The notes: generated from the sequence alone by a model not told the origin. 64,000 nucleotides of DNA from Camelus ferus (GCF_009834535.1 NC_045697.1:108626001-108690000), one strand, 5' to 3'. Counted from the stretch's first letter, positions 1-13,940 are shown. A program made the numbers and translations.

Positions 1-1694
1 ACTTAAAAAGGGAGTTCTGAAGGAAAAAGCCTTTAGGAAAACTTCTCTGCATGAGGTGGTTACTGCAGTAACTGTACTGGGAGAAACAAGAATCAATACT
101 ACTGTGCAGTAGCTTTCAGACACTTGTACAAAAAATAGCGTGATATTCAGAATAATTCAAGTCCAGCTGAGCTTTCCCAAGTAAGATTAGAAAGTAATGT
201 GAAAGACTCTTCAATGAAGAACAGTTTCACTGTTCTATCCCTACCACCCCGACCAATATCTCCAAGGTGCAAGACGGATCAGCGGAGTGGCAAACTCTAG
301 TCCATGTGCTGAGAAGCTGCCACCTAGAGAATAAGCCGGCCGCTACTGTCTTTAAGGACAAACTACTTTAACTAAAGGGTAATCCTTCTTTACCCTTGTA
401 AGAAAAAGAGGTCTCTCCTAATCTTAAACTCCCATTTCAAATATAAATACTCAAAGAGAACTAATATATATTCAATGATTGTGTTAGGAGGCACACAGAA
501 CAAGAGAAGGGAAAGGAGACAGAAGAGTGCACAAAAGCCATTTTGCCTTAATTCAGCCATAAACAGGTCATCAAAATCCTCTTAATTACCACATTTGACA
601 TACAACCATAGGAGGAGGTAACTCAGCTAAATCTTTTCCTTAATTTTTTTTATCACAATTGAAAATTGAACACCACCATGAATGAGATGTCAGTTTTTAT
701 CTTCTTTTCCATTGCAAAATGTCCATGGATAATATAAGACAAACTATAAAAACATCAATGTGAAGAACAATTTCACTCATCCAATGGGCACTTAAGTGAC
801 TGTTAACCAATGGACACTGGATTTAAAATCAGTGAGAAAAATATCAATGATCTTAACTCTATAAAATTTCATTAAAATAGATTTTTGGTTACTTGAAATT
901 TATACAGAATACTGTTAGATAACATGAAAGATAAAAAAATAAACTTCTCCAATAAAAATGTATTTATTACACTGTATTACAACCCCTTACCCTTACACAG
1001 AAAGCCGATGCTACTAAAAGTAGTAACATCCCACTGTTACATGCCATTTCTCTAAAAAACTAAATTAGGCATTATAGGCCAATACATTCTGAAACATGCC
1101 TTCAATTGATAAAAAGCCACATAATGTAAAAAATAAGAATCTAAAATGGTCCCATAAAAACTAAAAAGACACATACCTAATAAAGTAAAAGAAAAATAGA
1201 CATATTCCATATGCAGGTTTACAAAAACATCAACAGGTCACTGCCTACAAATAACCTGTACAAGATTAAAATCAATAAGGTTAATCAAATCTATTTTCTC
1301 TTCATAAGAAAAATAAAAAAGAACTCTGATAATATTCTTAGCCTAAAATGCAATGGCTTATTAAGGTATGAAGTCAAATATGCAATGAATGCCATGATAA
1401 CTAAAGTATTAAGTTCTTCTCCAGTCCAAAAAATTAAGCATGAATTTGTAAGACTAATGTCAATAAACATATCACACACATCTGATGTTTTCATGGCAAC
1501 ACATGGGATCAAAACATAATGTTTTGCTTAAAACAATTAGCTGAGGAATTGAAGCACAAATACAAGGATAATTGCTTCCTTTGGGGTTTGGCTGTCAAAC
1601 ACAGGAAATGTCAATGCTTTACAGTCCTGTGGTCATTAAAACCTTGTCACAAACCTAGACTATCAGTGAATGTGTATTTTAAAATAAATCTGCA

Positions 1695-2715
1695 ATGACA
1701 CCAAAAGTACAAGCAACAAAAAAGAGATAAATCAGACTTCATCAAAATTTAAAACTTTTGTGCCTCAAAGGACACCAGAAAATGAAAAGACAATGCACAG
1801 AATGGGAGAAAGTATTTGCAAATTGTATTATCTCATAAAGGGCTAGTTTCCAGAACACATAAAGAATGCTTACAATTTAACAATAAAAAGACAACCTAAT
1901 TTAAAAATGGGCAAAAGATCCGAACAGACATTTCTCCAAAAAACATATGTAAATGGTCAATAAGCATATGAAATAATGCTCATCATTAGTCACTGTGGAA
2001 ATGAAAACCAAAGCTACAATGAAATACCACTTCACATCTATCAGGATGGCTAAAATACAAAAAAAAAAACCACCAATAATAACAATCAATGTCTGTGAGA
2101 GAGGGGAGAATTGGAACCCTCATATACTGTGGTGAGATTATAACATAGTGCATACATTTTGATAGTTCCTTGAGCTAAACACAGTTACTATACTAACCGC
2201 CCCTTATAAATTTACCCCCTATAAATATACACTCAAAGGAAATGAACATATAAGTACACATAAAAACGTCTGCAAGAATGTTCATTGCAGAAACATTCCT
2301 AATAGCCAAAACATAGATACAATCCATCAACTGATGAATGAATAAACAAAATGTGGTATACAATGGAAGATTTTTTGGCCATAAAATTGAATGATACATA
2401 ATGCTACTATGTGAGTAAATCTTGAAAATATTATGCTAAGTGAAAGAAGCCGGATGCAAAAAAAAAAAAACAAATATTGTATGATTGCATTTGTAAGAAA
2501 TGTCCAGAAGAGGCAATTCTTAGGAAAAGTGTATTAGTGGTTGCCTAGGGTGCTGGTGGGGTTGAGGGTGGGGAGAGGTGTTGGGGGAAGGGGTGCCTGA
2601 AACCAGATAGTAGTGATGATTGTACAACTCTGAATATAATAAAAACCACTTAAATGTACACTTAGGGATGAATCTTCTGGTATGTGAGCTATATATCTCA
2701 AAGGAGTCATTAAAA
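1695..2715 (+). mobile_element. Old L1 (L1MB-like) 3' fragment: end of ORF2 plus 3' UTR
   Basis: Typical L1 segments: gacttcatcaaaatttaaaacttttgtgc, aaaaatgggcaaaagatc, atgctaagtgaaagaagcc, attagtggttgcctaggg; ends at tatatctcaaa. No intact ORF. Confidence 0.85.
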
Positions 2716-3944
2716 ATGAGTATATTTGCAAAAATAAAATATATGTCACAAACATATGTAATGCAAAGATGTTTGCTTCCCTCAAACTAACTCAAGTATC
2801 TGTATCAATGAGGGAAAAATATGGCAGTAAGTTACTGTTTCTACTTAATGTATCTCCAGAAATCAGTCACTGCATTTTAAAGTAGTAAAAATTTGTTTAA
2901 GAGATTTCTGTAACATCATTTGCTCCTAAAAACGTTACATTTATTATAAGTATATAGTAAACAGTGTAATATAATTGTTGAATACTTACATCATCTATGA
3001 TTATTATAGAATTTTAGAATTATCATTTGGTTGAATATTTATTGCTTCAAACACATTAAAAAGCATAATAAAAGACATCAAGACTTATTAATATTTCTTC
3101 ATGTATCTAGGAGATTTCCTTTAGGTAATCAAATAAATGTATTCATCCTTAAAAATATTTTATTGACTATATTAATCAAAAAACTACATTAATGCAACTT
3201 GGTTAACAGTCAATGCATCAGTACTTTCCCCTCATTGTTGAGGTATATTTAATAATTTTTAAATCTATTATTATTAACTGAAACCTTGTTATACCTATGT
3301 AATCACCCCAGTACACAAGTTCTAAAATATTATATAGTGAAGAAAAACACATTCTGAGATTAATTCTCCTACTTTCACTCAAAAATAAAACAGTAAAAGC
3401 ATTACCTAAGTGAAATCAAAAGTTTATGAAACTCTTAAGTACAGGCATGTATCAAATTTTCATATTATAATGTTATTACAAAGAAAGCGGAGTAGCTCAG
3501 AAAGGAAACAGCACAGAGTCTGATCAGTCTTTACAGGGGCTTACTGTGACAAACTGGACCTCACATAAGGATTAAAGTAAAAAAAGTATGTGTATTAGTA
3601 TCGACAGCTAATCAAAACTGTTAAAAAACAAAACTCTCCTGTAGGGAAAATCCTGTTTCATCCACAAAGTATTAGCATTTCTGTCCCCCAAGACTATTTC
3701 TTTCTCTGAACACTTTTAATACTTAGGCTGCACACTAGAAGAATTTTCTTGACATAATATGTAGAAAGAACCAGAAGAAGATCAGAATGAGTATGAAGAG
3801 AAGAAAATTCCAGACTAGGTAAAACTTAAAAGAAATATAAATAATTGTAATTTACACTGGCTATTATTGTAAATATCATTAATATAACATACATGTAAAC
3901 TTAAGTAACATGCAAGGGGTTTAGCATGGAGAATATGTACTTAC

Positions 3945-3991
3945 CAAATACTTAGATATCCTTCTAAAAATCCCACTGATGGTTGAGACTC
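3945..3991 (-). other. Candidate 47-nt non-coding internal exon of the minus-strand gene
   Basis: Minus strand reads tatttattttttattatttaag|GAGTCTC...AAGTATTTG|gtaagt: T-rich acceptor and a perfect GTAAGT donor. No ATG. It lies in a TE-poor stretch. Confidence 0.5.
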
Positions 3992-5235
3992 CTTAAATAA
4001 TAAAAAAATAAATACATAAGGAATAATTTTTCAACTTCAGAAGTTACCCCTGATATGTAAAATCTATCCAAGAATCTTAATAACATGACAATTTGTTTTT
4101 TTCACACTACTTTAAAATCCAAAGTATGTGCTGAACTTTGGCAAATGATTAACAAAATCTTTCCTAATCCTACAAATTACTGAAGTTTTATATGCCACAT
4201 ATGGAAAAGCTAATAAATTATCAAGATATTGGCAGTTTACTAGACTACAAAAAGAGTGAACTCTGTAACAAATCAGATCTCAAAATTACAGACCAAGACA
4301 ATAGCATGCTTACAGGGTCTTAGAAAAGCATTCGTATGTTAAATTATTCCTAACCATCAACATACATTGTCATACTCTACATTCTGGTATCTGGTTACCA
4401 TCTTTTAAGTAGCAGTTAGACAACGTAACTGTAGCATCTACAGAGTTAAAGTAGAGCCAATGAAATAGAAAGATATTTTACAAAATAGTTATTCTATTTT
4501 ATTAAAAATTAACATAAGGAAATACTTTAAAATCCACCCTGTTGATACTAGAATTAAAAATTAATTAAAATTAAAATATTTTACCTATAATAAAAAGAAA
4601 TGCATAAACAAATTAATTTTACTACTTAGAAAATTAACTGTAAATAATTTTGTAATAAATGGAGTACACATCCTTTTAGTCAAGTTTCAAGTCAAAATAA
4701 CCCTCAAAACAAAGTTCAAAAATTCAAGAATAAAGCATATATAGAGCTCTTATGGTTTGCCAGGCACATTGCTCCAGATTTGAAAAAACTTATATACACT
4801 TTTAAAAATCACCTTATTTACTCTCCATTCTGTAAATTACAAAACGAAGCCTTATAGAGTTTCATTCATCTGCTTATATATAGCTGCCACTGACTGCACA
4901 ACCCAATGTCTTTAAGGCATCATACTATGACTCCCCAAAAACAAGACAGAGTATGACATAGTATATATAGTAAAACTGATTGCCACTTTTTATAGAGTCA
5001 GAAAAAAAAGTTTTTAAATTTCTTTAAAAGAATCAACAGAATAAAAAAATCATCTATTTTAACTAGCAGAAGACGTTGCCATGCAGAAGTTACAATACCA
5101 TATATAAAAATAAAATAAAAACATTTTTTTGGTTATGTCATACCGATAGATTTTCTATCTCTACTACTATTAAAATCAAAATCAAATGAATCACAGCCAT
5201 CCACAGGCCATGGAAAAGGAGGGAAGAAAAAAAGT

Positions 5236-6335
5236 ATGTTAAGAGACCCAAACAATAAAGTTTAAAACAATAAAGCTGTGAGATGACAGGAAAATACCAT
5301 CATGACTTTGAGGTAGGTAACAGTTTCTCAAACAAGACAAAGATAAACATAGCAAACTGGACTTCATTAAAAATTGTGTTCTTGAAATGAAAATGCCAGC
5401 TACAAAGTAGGAGAAGATATTCACAATGCACATGTCCAAAAGACTCATATATAAAATATTTTTTAAAAAAACAACTTTAAATCACCAAGAAAAAAGACAA
5501 CTCAATTTTTAAGATACGCTAAAGACCAAATAAAACTTCACAAAAGATAATTTCAAAAACGAATAGACATATTGGAAAGGTTTTCAACATCACTAATCCT
5601 CAGGAAAATACAGATAAACAACACAGTAAGATTCTATTACCCATCAAAATGATTAGTTTTTCATCAAAAAAAGAGAATACCAAGTGTAATAGAACATATG
5701 CAGCAAATGGCACTCTCGTAACTGCAGGTAGAAATGTAAATTGATATAACCAGTATGGAAAACTGAAAGTATCTATTTAGTATAAGGTGAAAATACACTT
5801 ATCCAACGACTAAACAGTACCACTCCTGGGTACACAATCGATAGAAAGAAATGTGTACGTATGTGGAGGGAACGTTATGTATAAGATTTACCATAGCAGC
5901 GTTATTTAAAGAGCCCCAAAGTGCACATAACCCAAATGTCCATGAGCAGTAGAACAGAGAAACTGCAGTATATTCTTATGATAGTATCCTAAACCTCAGT
6001 GAAAATGAGAAAACTAATGCCACACACAAAATAGGATACATCTCACAAACAGAATGCTGTATGAAAGCACCAGGGGTACGGGGGGGAGCATGTATATAAT
6101 TCTGTTTCTATTAAATTCAAAAACAAGCCAAACTAATCTCTGACCACAAAGTCAGAACAGTAGTTAACCCTGAGGTGAGTGGGTTATTTGACTGGGACAG
6201 GACACAGGGAGGCTTCAGAGGAGTTGATATCTTGATCTAGGTTACGGTCGCAAAGTTGTGTTCACTTTGTAAAAGTTCATCAATATAGAAAAGTTTATCT
6301 ACACTTTCCTGTATATAAATTATACCTCAATTATT
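5236..6335 (+). mobile_element. Old L1 (L1MC/ME-like) 3' fragment
   Basis: aactggacttcattaaaaattg, caacatcactaatcctcaggaaaatacagat, cccaaatgtccatgagcagtagaa; ends at aattatacctcaat. Confidence 0.75.
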
Positions 6336-6605
6336 TCAGAAGTTAATTTAAAAAAAATAAAATAGATGAAAAATCACTTCTCTTCAGTTATTCTTAAATA
6401 ACTCCAGGACACTGTACTGTAACACAGTAATCTGTAACACAGTAATCTGAAAATCTGAATCTCCTAACAATGTATTTCAATTTATTTCTATAGACTGCAT
6501 AAAGATTAATTAAATATGTCTGGCTATTTTGCATTAGTAAGTTTAAGAACAGTTTCAATGTAAATATAAATTTTACCAAGAAGGGATTCCTTATGATTTT
6601 CTCTT

Positions 6606-6872
6606 TTCTCTTATTTAAAAAGCAGTTTTATTGAGATACAATTCATATATGATACAATTCACCTCTGTTTCTTAATTTAAGTATAGTCAGTTTACAATGT
6701 TGTATTAGTTTCTTGGGTATAGCATAGTGGTTATATACATGTATGTATATTCCTTTTCATATTCTTTTTCATTATAAGCTATTACAAGGTATTGAATATA
6801 GTTCCCTATGCTATATATACAATAGGACTTGTTGCTTATCTATTTATATATATAGTAGTTAGTATCTGCATA
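6606..6872 (-). mobile_element. 5'-truncated artiodactyl-type L1 3' end with extra 3' sequence, flanked by a 14-bp TSD
   Basis: aagtatagtcagtttacaatgttgt...attgaatatagttccctatgctat is the reverse of an L1 3' UTR. Direct repeat tatgattttctctt at 6592-6605 and 6873-6886. Confidence 0.8.
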
Positions 6873-8427
6873 TATGATTTTCTCTTAATAGCAGAAAAGG
6901 TTTTGCAGAAAGTCTTGCGAATGCCTGTTCTACACAGGCTCAAGTTAGGTTTACAAATGTGTTATCTCGCAGATACTAAAAGTGTTAATAGCTAACACAG
7001 AAATTGATTTTAAAAGCAATCAGATAGACAAGCCAGGCATTCATAAAAACTTTAAGGCACAATACTTCACCCTGCTGCTTAGAAAATCTTAAGACTTTAA
7101 AATATCAATAACCCTTTGAAGAAAAGGCTCCCAAATAAACATTCTTACATATCTAAAAAATTTTAGGTTAATACTGCCTTCTTTATTCAAAATAGAAACA
7201 GTTCTATCTGCATATCCTTTTATCTGTTTTTTCCATTATATTTATCTAATAACTACTTTAAATCTAACTTCCTCTCTCTAAATTAAATAACATCATTATT
7301 TGATCAGATTTGAAAACTTTTATCCTTGATGGAAACCAGTCTTATTACTCACGACAGCCTATTTGTCCTGAGCTGTGGGATGTTTCTGTCATTTAAGCCT
7401 CTGAGACCATGTTCAGAGGAACAGAATGGCACAGGCCCCAACAGGTCAATTCCCTGAACAATTCCCAGAGGCTGAGCATCCTTTGGACAAACTTTACACA
7501 ACTCATGAAAATCTCACCATAACTTTCCTCAGTCTTGGGTTGTTTTACTTATGAGTCTGACCTGGTAGAGATCTCTCCAAACTTCCAACCAGCCAGACAT
7601 TTGTCAAGCTTCTACTTGAAAGTAGCCAATCATTTGGTTGCAGTTCTGAGACATAAGGTACTAAAGACACATTTTCATAAAACTGATTTTTTTCATCAGT
7701 CAACCCACTCTCAAGCAGCTGCTTATTCTAATTCAGGTAATTATCTTTCTAAATTGCATATTTTCACTAAGAACAACTTAAGACTTTCAGTTTCCACTTT
7801 GGACAACTTTTGAAATGAACAAAATTGTTAACTTGAAGGGCACTTTAGAACATATGGCGGGGAGGGGACTCTCCCTTCAGAGAAGTTTGTCTTACCTTAC
7901 CTAAAAGAAAAAGATCAACTGACTGAATGTGAGGGAGACCACCCCAAAAGTCACACATCTCACCAAAACAAGGCATATACTTAAGAGAAGGACCAGGATC
8001 ACAATTTAGATTCTATTTTGAAGAGTCAACAGTCAACAGATCCCATCCCAAATCTAAAGAACTAGACACAGGTTTGCTAGGCAACTTATCTAACTATGGT
8101 TTCTAGTAATACACTAAAGATTTAAAAAGAACGATTAGGATGCAAGCAGGTAAGGAAGTAACCGAAAACAAAAGATGCACATGAATTCAGGGACTACACA
8201 CTGTTTACTCAGCAATAAATCTGATAATGATTGTTCATGAATGGTAACCACGTGAATACTGATATTGGAAAAACTAGCATCTTTAAATAGAGCTAGTGAT
8301 TTATTTCCTCAATATTGTTTTCTTTTTATTGTTTTCTATTTTAATTTTGAAGGTGGAAAAGTTACAGCCAGACTGGCAAAGAATATTTAAAAAGCAGGGT
8401 CTCAGCTAGTCAAGAGATGTGAGTTGT

Positions 8428-8603
8428 GATAAACAACAAGGTCCTACATATAGCACAGGGAACTATATTCAACACCTTGTAATGACCTATAATGAAAAAG
8501 AATAGAAAAAGGAAGACATAGTATGTATAAATGAATCACTAAGCTATATACCAGAAATTAACACAATATTATAAATCAAGTATACTCCAATTAAAAAAAA
8601 AAA
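8428..8603 (+). mobile_element. 5'-truncated artiodactyl-type L1 3' end with A tail
   Basis: gataaacaacaaggtcctacatatagcacagggaactatattcaa...tatactccaatt(A)n. Degenerate 16-bp TSD aagagatgtgagttgt (8412-8427) / aagagttgtcagctgt (8604-8619). Confidence 0.85.
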
Positions 8604-10186
8604 AAGAGTTGTCAGCTGTTACACCAATATCAGATCTTGAATTATCTGGAACAAAGCATTGGAAATCACTTCTCAAACTGCCCATCACCCATTCAATTTA
8701 GCCTAATTACAATATTCCACAAATCAACCCACTCCAAATGAACAGTTTACCCTACCTTATAGGGAACTGAATCCTATTTTATACTTCACATGTCTTCGAA
8801 AAACTTCACACTAACAGAATATCTTATAAAAGATGTAAATTTTTACTTTAAAAATCTCATGCTGCATTTCTATTTCTTTAACAAAGAAGGCACAGCACTC
8901 AGTATTCACCCTCTCAAGCTTCTTGCCTCATTCCTACAAAACTGCAAATGAATGCTTACACAATACCTCAAACATTTTGAAAGGAATCCCTCAATGTTCT
9001 GATGACAGTCTCATAAACACTACCAACAAATTAAAAAAGAAACTCATGGTACTTTTAAAATATCTTATTTGCCCTAGTTACCAAAACACTACAGAACATA
9101 AGTTTCAGTACAACTTATCTGCATTCTTATAATCCTTTTCACTACACAATTACACCTTTATAAAGTATGCTCTCATCATTTTTCTTCAATATTTCCACAA
9201 ACCTTAAAAATATTTCTAAATTCCTCAAAATTCTTGTTAATTACCAATTTTTACAACATACTTCTCAGTAAGCCTGTGTCATATATTTCACTACCGCCTT
9301 CATACTCCTTAAATCAACACAAGCCCCAGCTGATCATCTTACTGCAGTGACATACAACCACTGTGAGAATTCTAAATCCCTTAAAACAAAACACTTTACC
9401 TAGAAAAACATAAACTACTGCCCACCTTGGTATCTGCAACTGGCAAATTCTGCAATAAATTAAAACCTTATGGAGTCCTAACATCTCACATAATCCCTAA
9501 GACTATACTGTTCAAACTGAGTTTAAAAAAAAAATAAGTAAAAGAATGTTACAATAACTGAGGGGAAAAAAAGAAAGGTTCTACAAAATCAAATCTATCA
9601 ACCCTATTTAACAAATGGGGAAAACAAAAGCCCCAAAGGATTTATTTGAAATAATATACGTAGTTAGTAAAAGGCAGGGATCTAGAACCAAGTATTCTGA
9701 ATCCCAGTATCCTTTCCTATTACCCCACTGGCTACAAAGTATTTAGGATTTAAGGGCCAATCTTATAAAAAGTTAAAATATTTTCTTTCATTTCTTTTGT
9801 CCAACTCTTTAAGTAAAACTGATGCTCTGATAAACAGTGTTTATCCTATTAGTACGTGACTCTCCCTTTAACAGACTAGACCATACTAGACCACACCACT
9901 AAATGCAACAAAAAGCAAGACCTTAGAAAATCAAGACAATATAAACAAAATAGACTTTACTATGTCCCCTAATGGACAAATACTTTAAACAGCCAAATAT
10001 TTAAAGTTCCTATTTAAATTAAATCAGGACCTCACAAATTTCTTTAAAAATTCAAGAAACTAACAGTTAAAGTGGGAAGTTAAATCAATTAATACTAGTT
10101 CATAAGGTATATTTTTCCTTCAATGTTAAGTTCATAATGACAGAAAATATAAGTTCATAATGACTGAATATAAACATATATAGAGG

Positions 10187-10215
10187 GGTGTGTGTGTGTG
10201 TTTGTGTGTGTGTGT
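10187..10215. repeat. (TG)n microsatellite, interrupted
   Basis: gtgtgtgtgtgtgtttgtgtgtgtgtgt seen directly. Confidence 0.95.
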
Positions 10216-10599
10216 ATTTCTAATACTTTTAACAAAAGTTGTCAAAATAATAGCTTTTCAATTAGGAAATAATTAAAAGTAGTGTCTGGTCTTCCTTTAA
10301 ATATGACCACAATGGACATTTATGATAATTACTAAACAATTATGTAGTTTTCATTCATAACTGATAGAACTGTAGCAATGATCTTTTTAACCCATCATTT
10401 AAGCTGTCTTTAATGGCCACTTTACAAAAGTTCTGAATATCTAACAGGATCAGAGATGGCAATCCCAGGAAGGCAACACTTCTGGGAGACAGTGAGATAA
10501 TCTGGATGGGGTATCCCTTAGAAGCTTGCTGGTGAAGGGAAAAAAGGAAGCAAAGGGTGGACACTAAGTGTTCTGCAAAAACAAAAAAGAATTTCAAAA

Positions 10600-10970
10600 T
10601 TTGTACAATATACATCCCCTTCCCTCTAACCCCTCTCAGACCAAAACACCAAAAACAAGAAAACAAAACAACTTGTAGGTTAAAGAAAGTGTACTTCACC
10701 ATGCCAACAAAAAAGAAAGTTCTTGAACAGGAAACATTATAAACCAAGCAAATCTCTCACCCCTTCCTACACACAACTTATAATGCTGAGCCAGGAAATG
10801 AACAGAGATAGCAGATAACACTAATTTTTTTTTAAAGCTACTATAAGAACATAGACACTCCACGTCCAAATACTTCAGTTAACAAAAATTCTCATCGAAG
10901 GAAAAAATTCCACAAAACAGAAAAAAACTGTAAAATCATACTCTAAAATAAACTAAATATCCGTAACAGG

Positions 10971-11047
<77 letters not shown>

Positions 11048-12900
11048 TCTAGAACCAAATCTAGAACCAAAAATCCAAAGTAGAAATGGACAAAACACAA
11101 CAAGATATGAAACAAGAATTGACTGCACTCAGGCAGGGGGAAAAATGGAGAAAAAGATAAACCACTTTTAAAATAAGTAATAAAAAGGAAGGCTGGATTC
11201 ACATGAAAATACAAGGGAAAGTAAGGAACAAGAGAAGGACAGCCAAGAGAATAAAAATATACAAGAAAAAATGATCACAGAAAAAAATTATTAACATAGA
11301 TCTGTATAGAAGCTGTAACATATGTATAACTGAAAGCTCTGAAGAACAAAAAACAAAATAAAGGAACTAATATTTAAAACTATAACTTAAAGTATTTCCC
11401 AAACAAAAACAAATGTTTATTTGTATGTGGTGGCCAGGAAGAAGCACAAGATACGTGAATTTTTAGCAACAACCTACTGTATACTTGGAAAAACCCAGAA
11501 TAAAAAACTCCAAAACATAAGCCTAGTAAAACTTCAAAAGGAAGTAGAAAAAAAACTTATAGGGCCTCCAGACAAAAATACCAAGCCTCTTACAAAGGAC
11601 AGAAAGAAAGCCTGGCAACAGATTTCTAAACAGCAACATTCAAACTGAGGCAACAGTGCAGCATCTTTTTCAAGAAACCCAAGGAATGAAAGCATAAACC
11701 AAGGATTTTATATCCAGTCAGGTATCTTATTAACTACCAAGACTTACAGAAATACAGATTTAGACATGCAAGAACTCAGGGAATATATTATTCATAGCCC
11801 AATTCTGAGCAACCTACAAAAGAATGAGCTTCAGTCCATCCAAAAAAGACAGAAAACTTTGGCAAAATCTTTACTGAACAGTGGGATATATTTAATATAT
11901 TTAATTTTAGATATATTACTAAAACAAAGGTATGAACAAGGACAGAAGAATAGTATTTAAATATTATATTCTCTAACAAATTGTAACGGAATTTATTTTT
12001 AATGTGAAGAAAACAGAGATTAAAAAAACAGAAGAATCAGCTCATTGGTGTTGAATATGTAATAAGCGAGTGTCAAAAGATATTTATTTAATGCAGACAA
12101 AGCAATTATTGGCAGTCTATTATAAAAAGTATTAGTATAAAGTTAGTCATTAAAACAAAAATGTCAACCTTCCTAAATAAGAAAGTAATTTTCAAAAAGA
12201 GTAAGGAAATAAATAGCCCAGAAAGGAAAACGTACACATAGCATAAAACAACAGTAAATACGATGTATCAATTAGAAGAAATACTGTCATATCAAGATAT
12301 TATAAACAGGCTTAACTTTCCTACTAAAAGGAAAATGTTTCAAATTGCTTATTTAACTGAAGAGAAAACAGTATTTACAAAAACAACAAAAAAGATAAAA
12401 ATATTTAGGAATAAACATAAAAGTGTAAAACTTCTATAAGGAAAACTTTAAAACACTTCTGAAAGATACAAAAGTAAACAAATGAAAAAACATCCCCTAT
12501 TCTTTTGGAAAGGATGGCTTACCATCATGAAGATATTTGCTTTCCCCAAGTTAATGAATAACAACACTAAATACCAACATAAAAATATCAACAAATGTTT
12601 TCCTACAGCTCAATAAGCTGATGTTCAACTTCACTCAGAGAATATGTACATATACTATACTGTTTGTATAAAATAAGAATATTAATCATATATACAACAG
12701 AAATGCATGAACACATAACATGCTTATTTTTATAAAAGGAAATACAAGGATAAACCAGAAACTAATGAAACCGGTTACCTACACAGTGAATGAAAAGAGA
12801 AAAAAGGGATAGAGAAGAGAATAAGATTTTTAAAGAATGCCTTTTTATATAGCTTTGCCTTTTAGCCATTTTACTATTTTACTAGTCTAAAAAAAATAAA
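10600..12900 (+). mobile_element. Highly decayed ancient L1 (L1ME/HAL1-like): ORF1-like, ORF2-like and 3' pieces
   Basis: A-rich strand. ORF 11421-11648 has ORF1 C-terminal-like ISLVKLQKEVEKKL...LTKDRKK. 12380-12560 resembles ORF2 (aaatatttaggaataaac...gaaaactttaaaacacttctgaaag). Boundaries uncertain. Confidence 0.55.
10971..11048. repeat. Compound (GATA)n-(TA)n microsatellite
   Basis: agat tetramer run followed by an AT dinucleotide run, seen directly. Confidence 0.97.
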
Positions 12901-12929
12901 TAAAATTGAATCAATAATGGGAAGGGGCT

Positions 12930-13940
12930 AAAACTGAATATAAACAAAAACAAATGAACTTGAGTATTTAAATTGGTGACATAAAAAACATAATTAACTA
13001 AAATAACTTACGAGCATAGTACTCTGATACAAACCTTCACTGGGATATATCATATGAACAAAAAAGTGCACTGAAATCTTACTTTCTTTACAAACTGGGT
13101 TTATTGCTGACAGTGGTATTGGTATGGCAATTTCAACATTATATCATGTATATTATAGGACAGAGCAAATGAATAAATGTATATTGGTATTATTGTTAAC
13201 GAAGATCCTCACTGTGGGAGTAGAGATCCAAATATGACCAGGAGGAGAAGAACCCTGGGGTATTGGATTGGAATCACAAATATTAGCAGTCTTTTTAAGT
13301 ATAATTCCTTGCTCCGTGTCCAGTGAAAGAGCCTCTAGAAGTAACCGACGTCCAGTAATAAAGAACACAGCCAGTAATCACAAGGTTGCTTGTAAATACC
13401 CAACAAGAGAAACAGGGATCCCTGAACAGGTGTTTCCAGGTCTGGAGTATGGAAAGCATAAGGTAAGAACAGAACATTTTATTGTGCCAGGAAGTAAATA
13501 AGAGCTCTAAAATGATAGGACATTCCAAAAAGACACAAAAACCAGATTGAATGAGTTCCTATTGGCTAAATTTTTAACAATTTGAGCCTTCAAAAGAAAT
13601 ATAACAATAATGGATCGTAGCCCAATGAATAAAAAGAAGAATCCATGAGCCCACATGTGACAGCGAAAAAAAGGCAGAAGCTCTGCCAGCTAATAAATGT
13701 GGGAAGAAGCATAAACTAGAAAATTACCATTTTTCAAGCATCAATGTAATCAATGATTCAGGCAAAAATCAACAAAAGATGTTAAAATCATTGGGTGAAA
13801 GGTTATTGAGAAATAATATTAACTCAGCCTCAAAGGATGGATTAATTATCAAAGGGAAAAGGGTATCTTTATGATAAAGAAATCTGGCAGCACCAGCTAA
13901 ACCAAATAATCTGGCTTAACATCACAAATAATGGAAAAAA
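12930..13940 (+). mobile_element. L1MC3/L1MC4-like 3' UTR fragment
   Basis: gtgccaggaagtaa, acaatttgagc, aagaatccatgagcccac, tgattcaggcaaaaatcaac. The same motifs recur in the copy at 37345-38400. Confidence 0.7.

Noticed and set aside
218..236. AGAACA...TGTTCT as a glucocorticoid/androgen response element
   Set aside because: The spacer is 7 nt, not the required 3.
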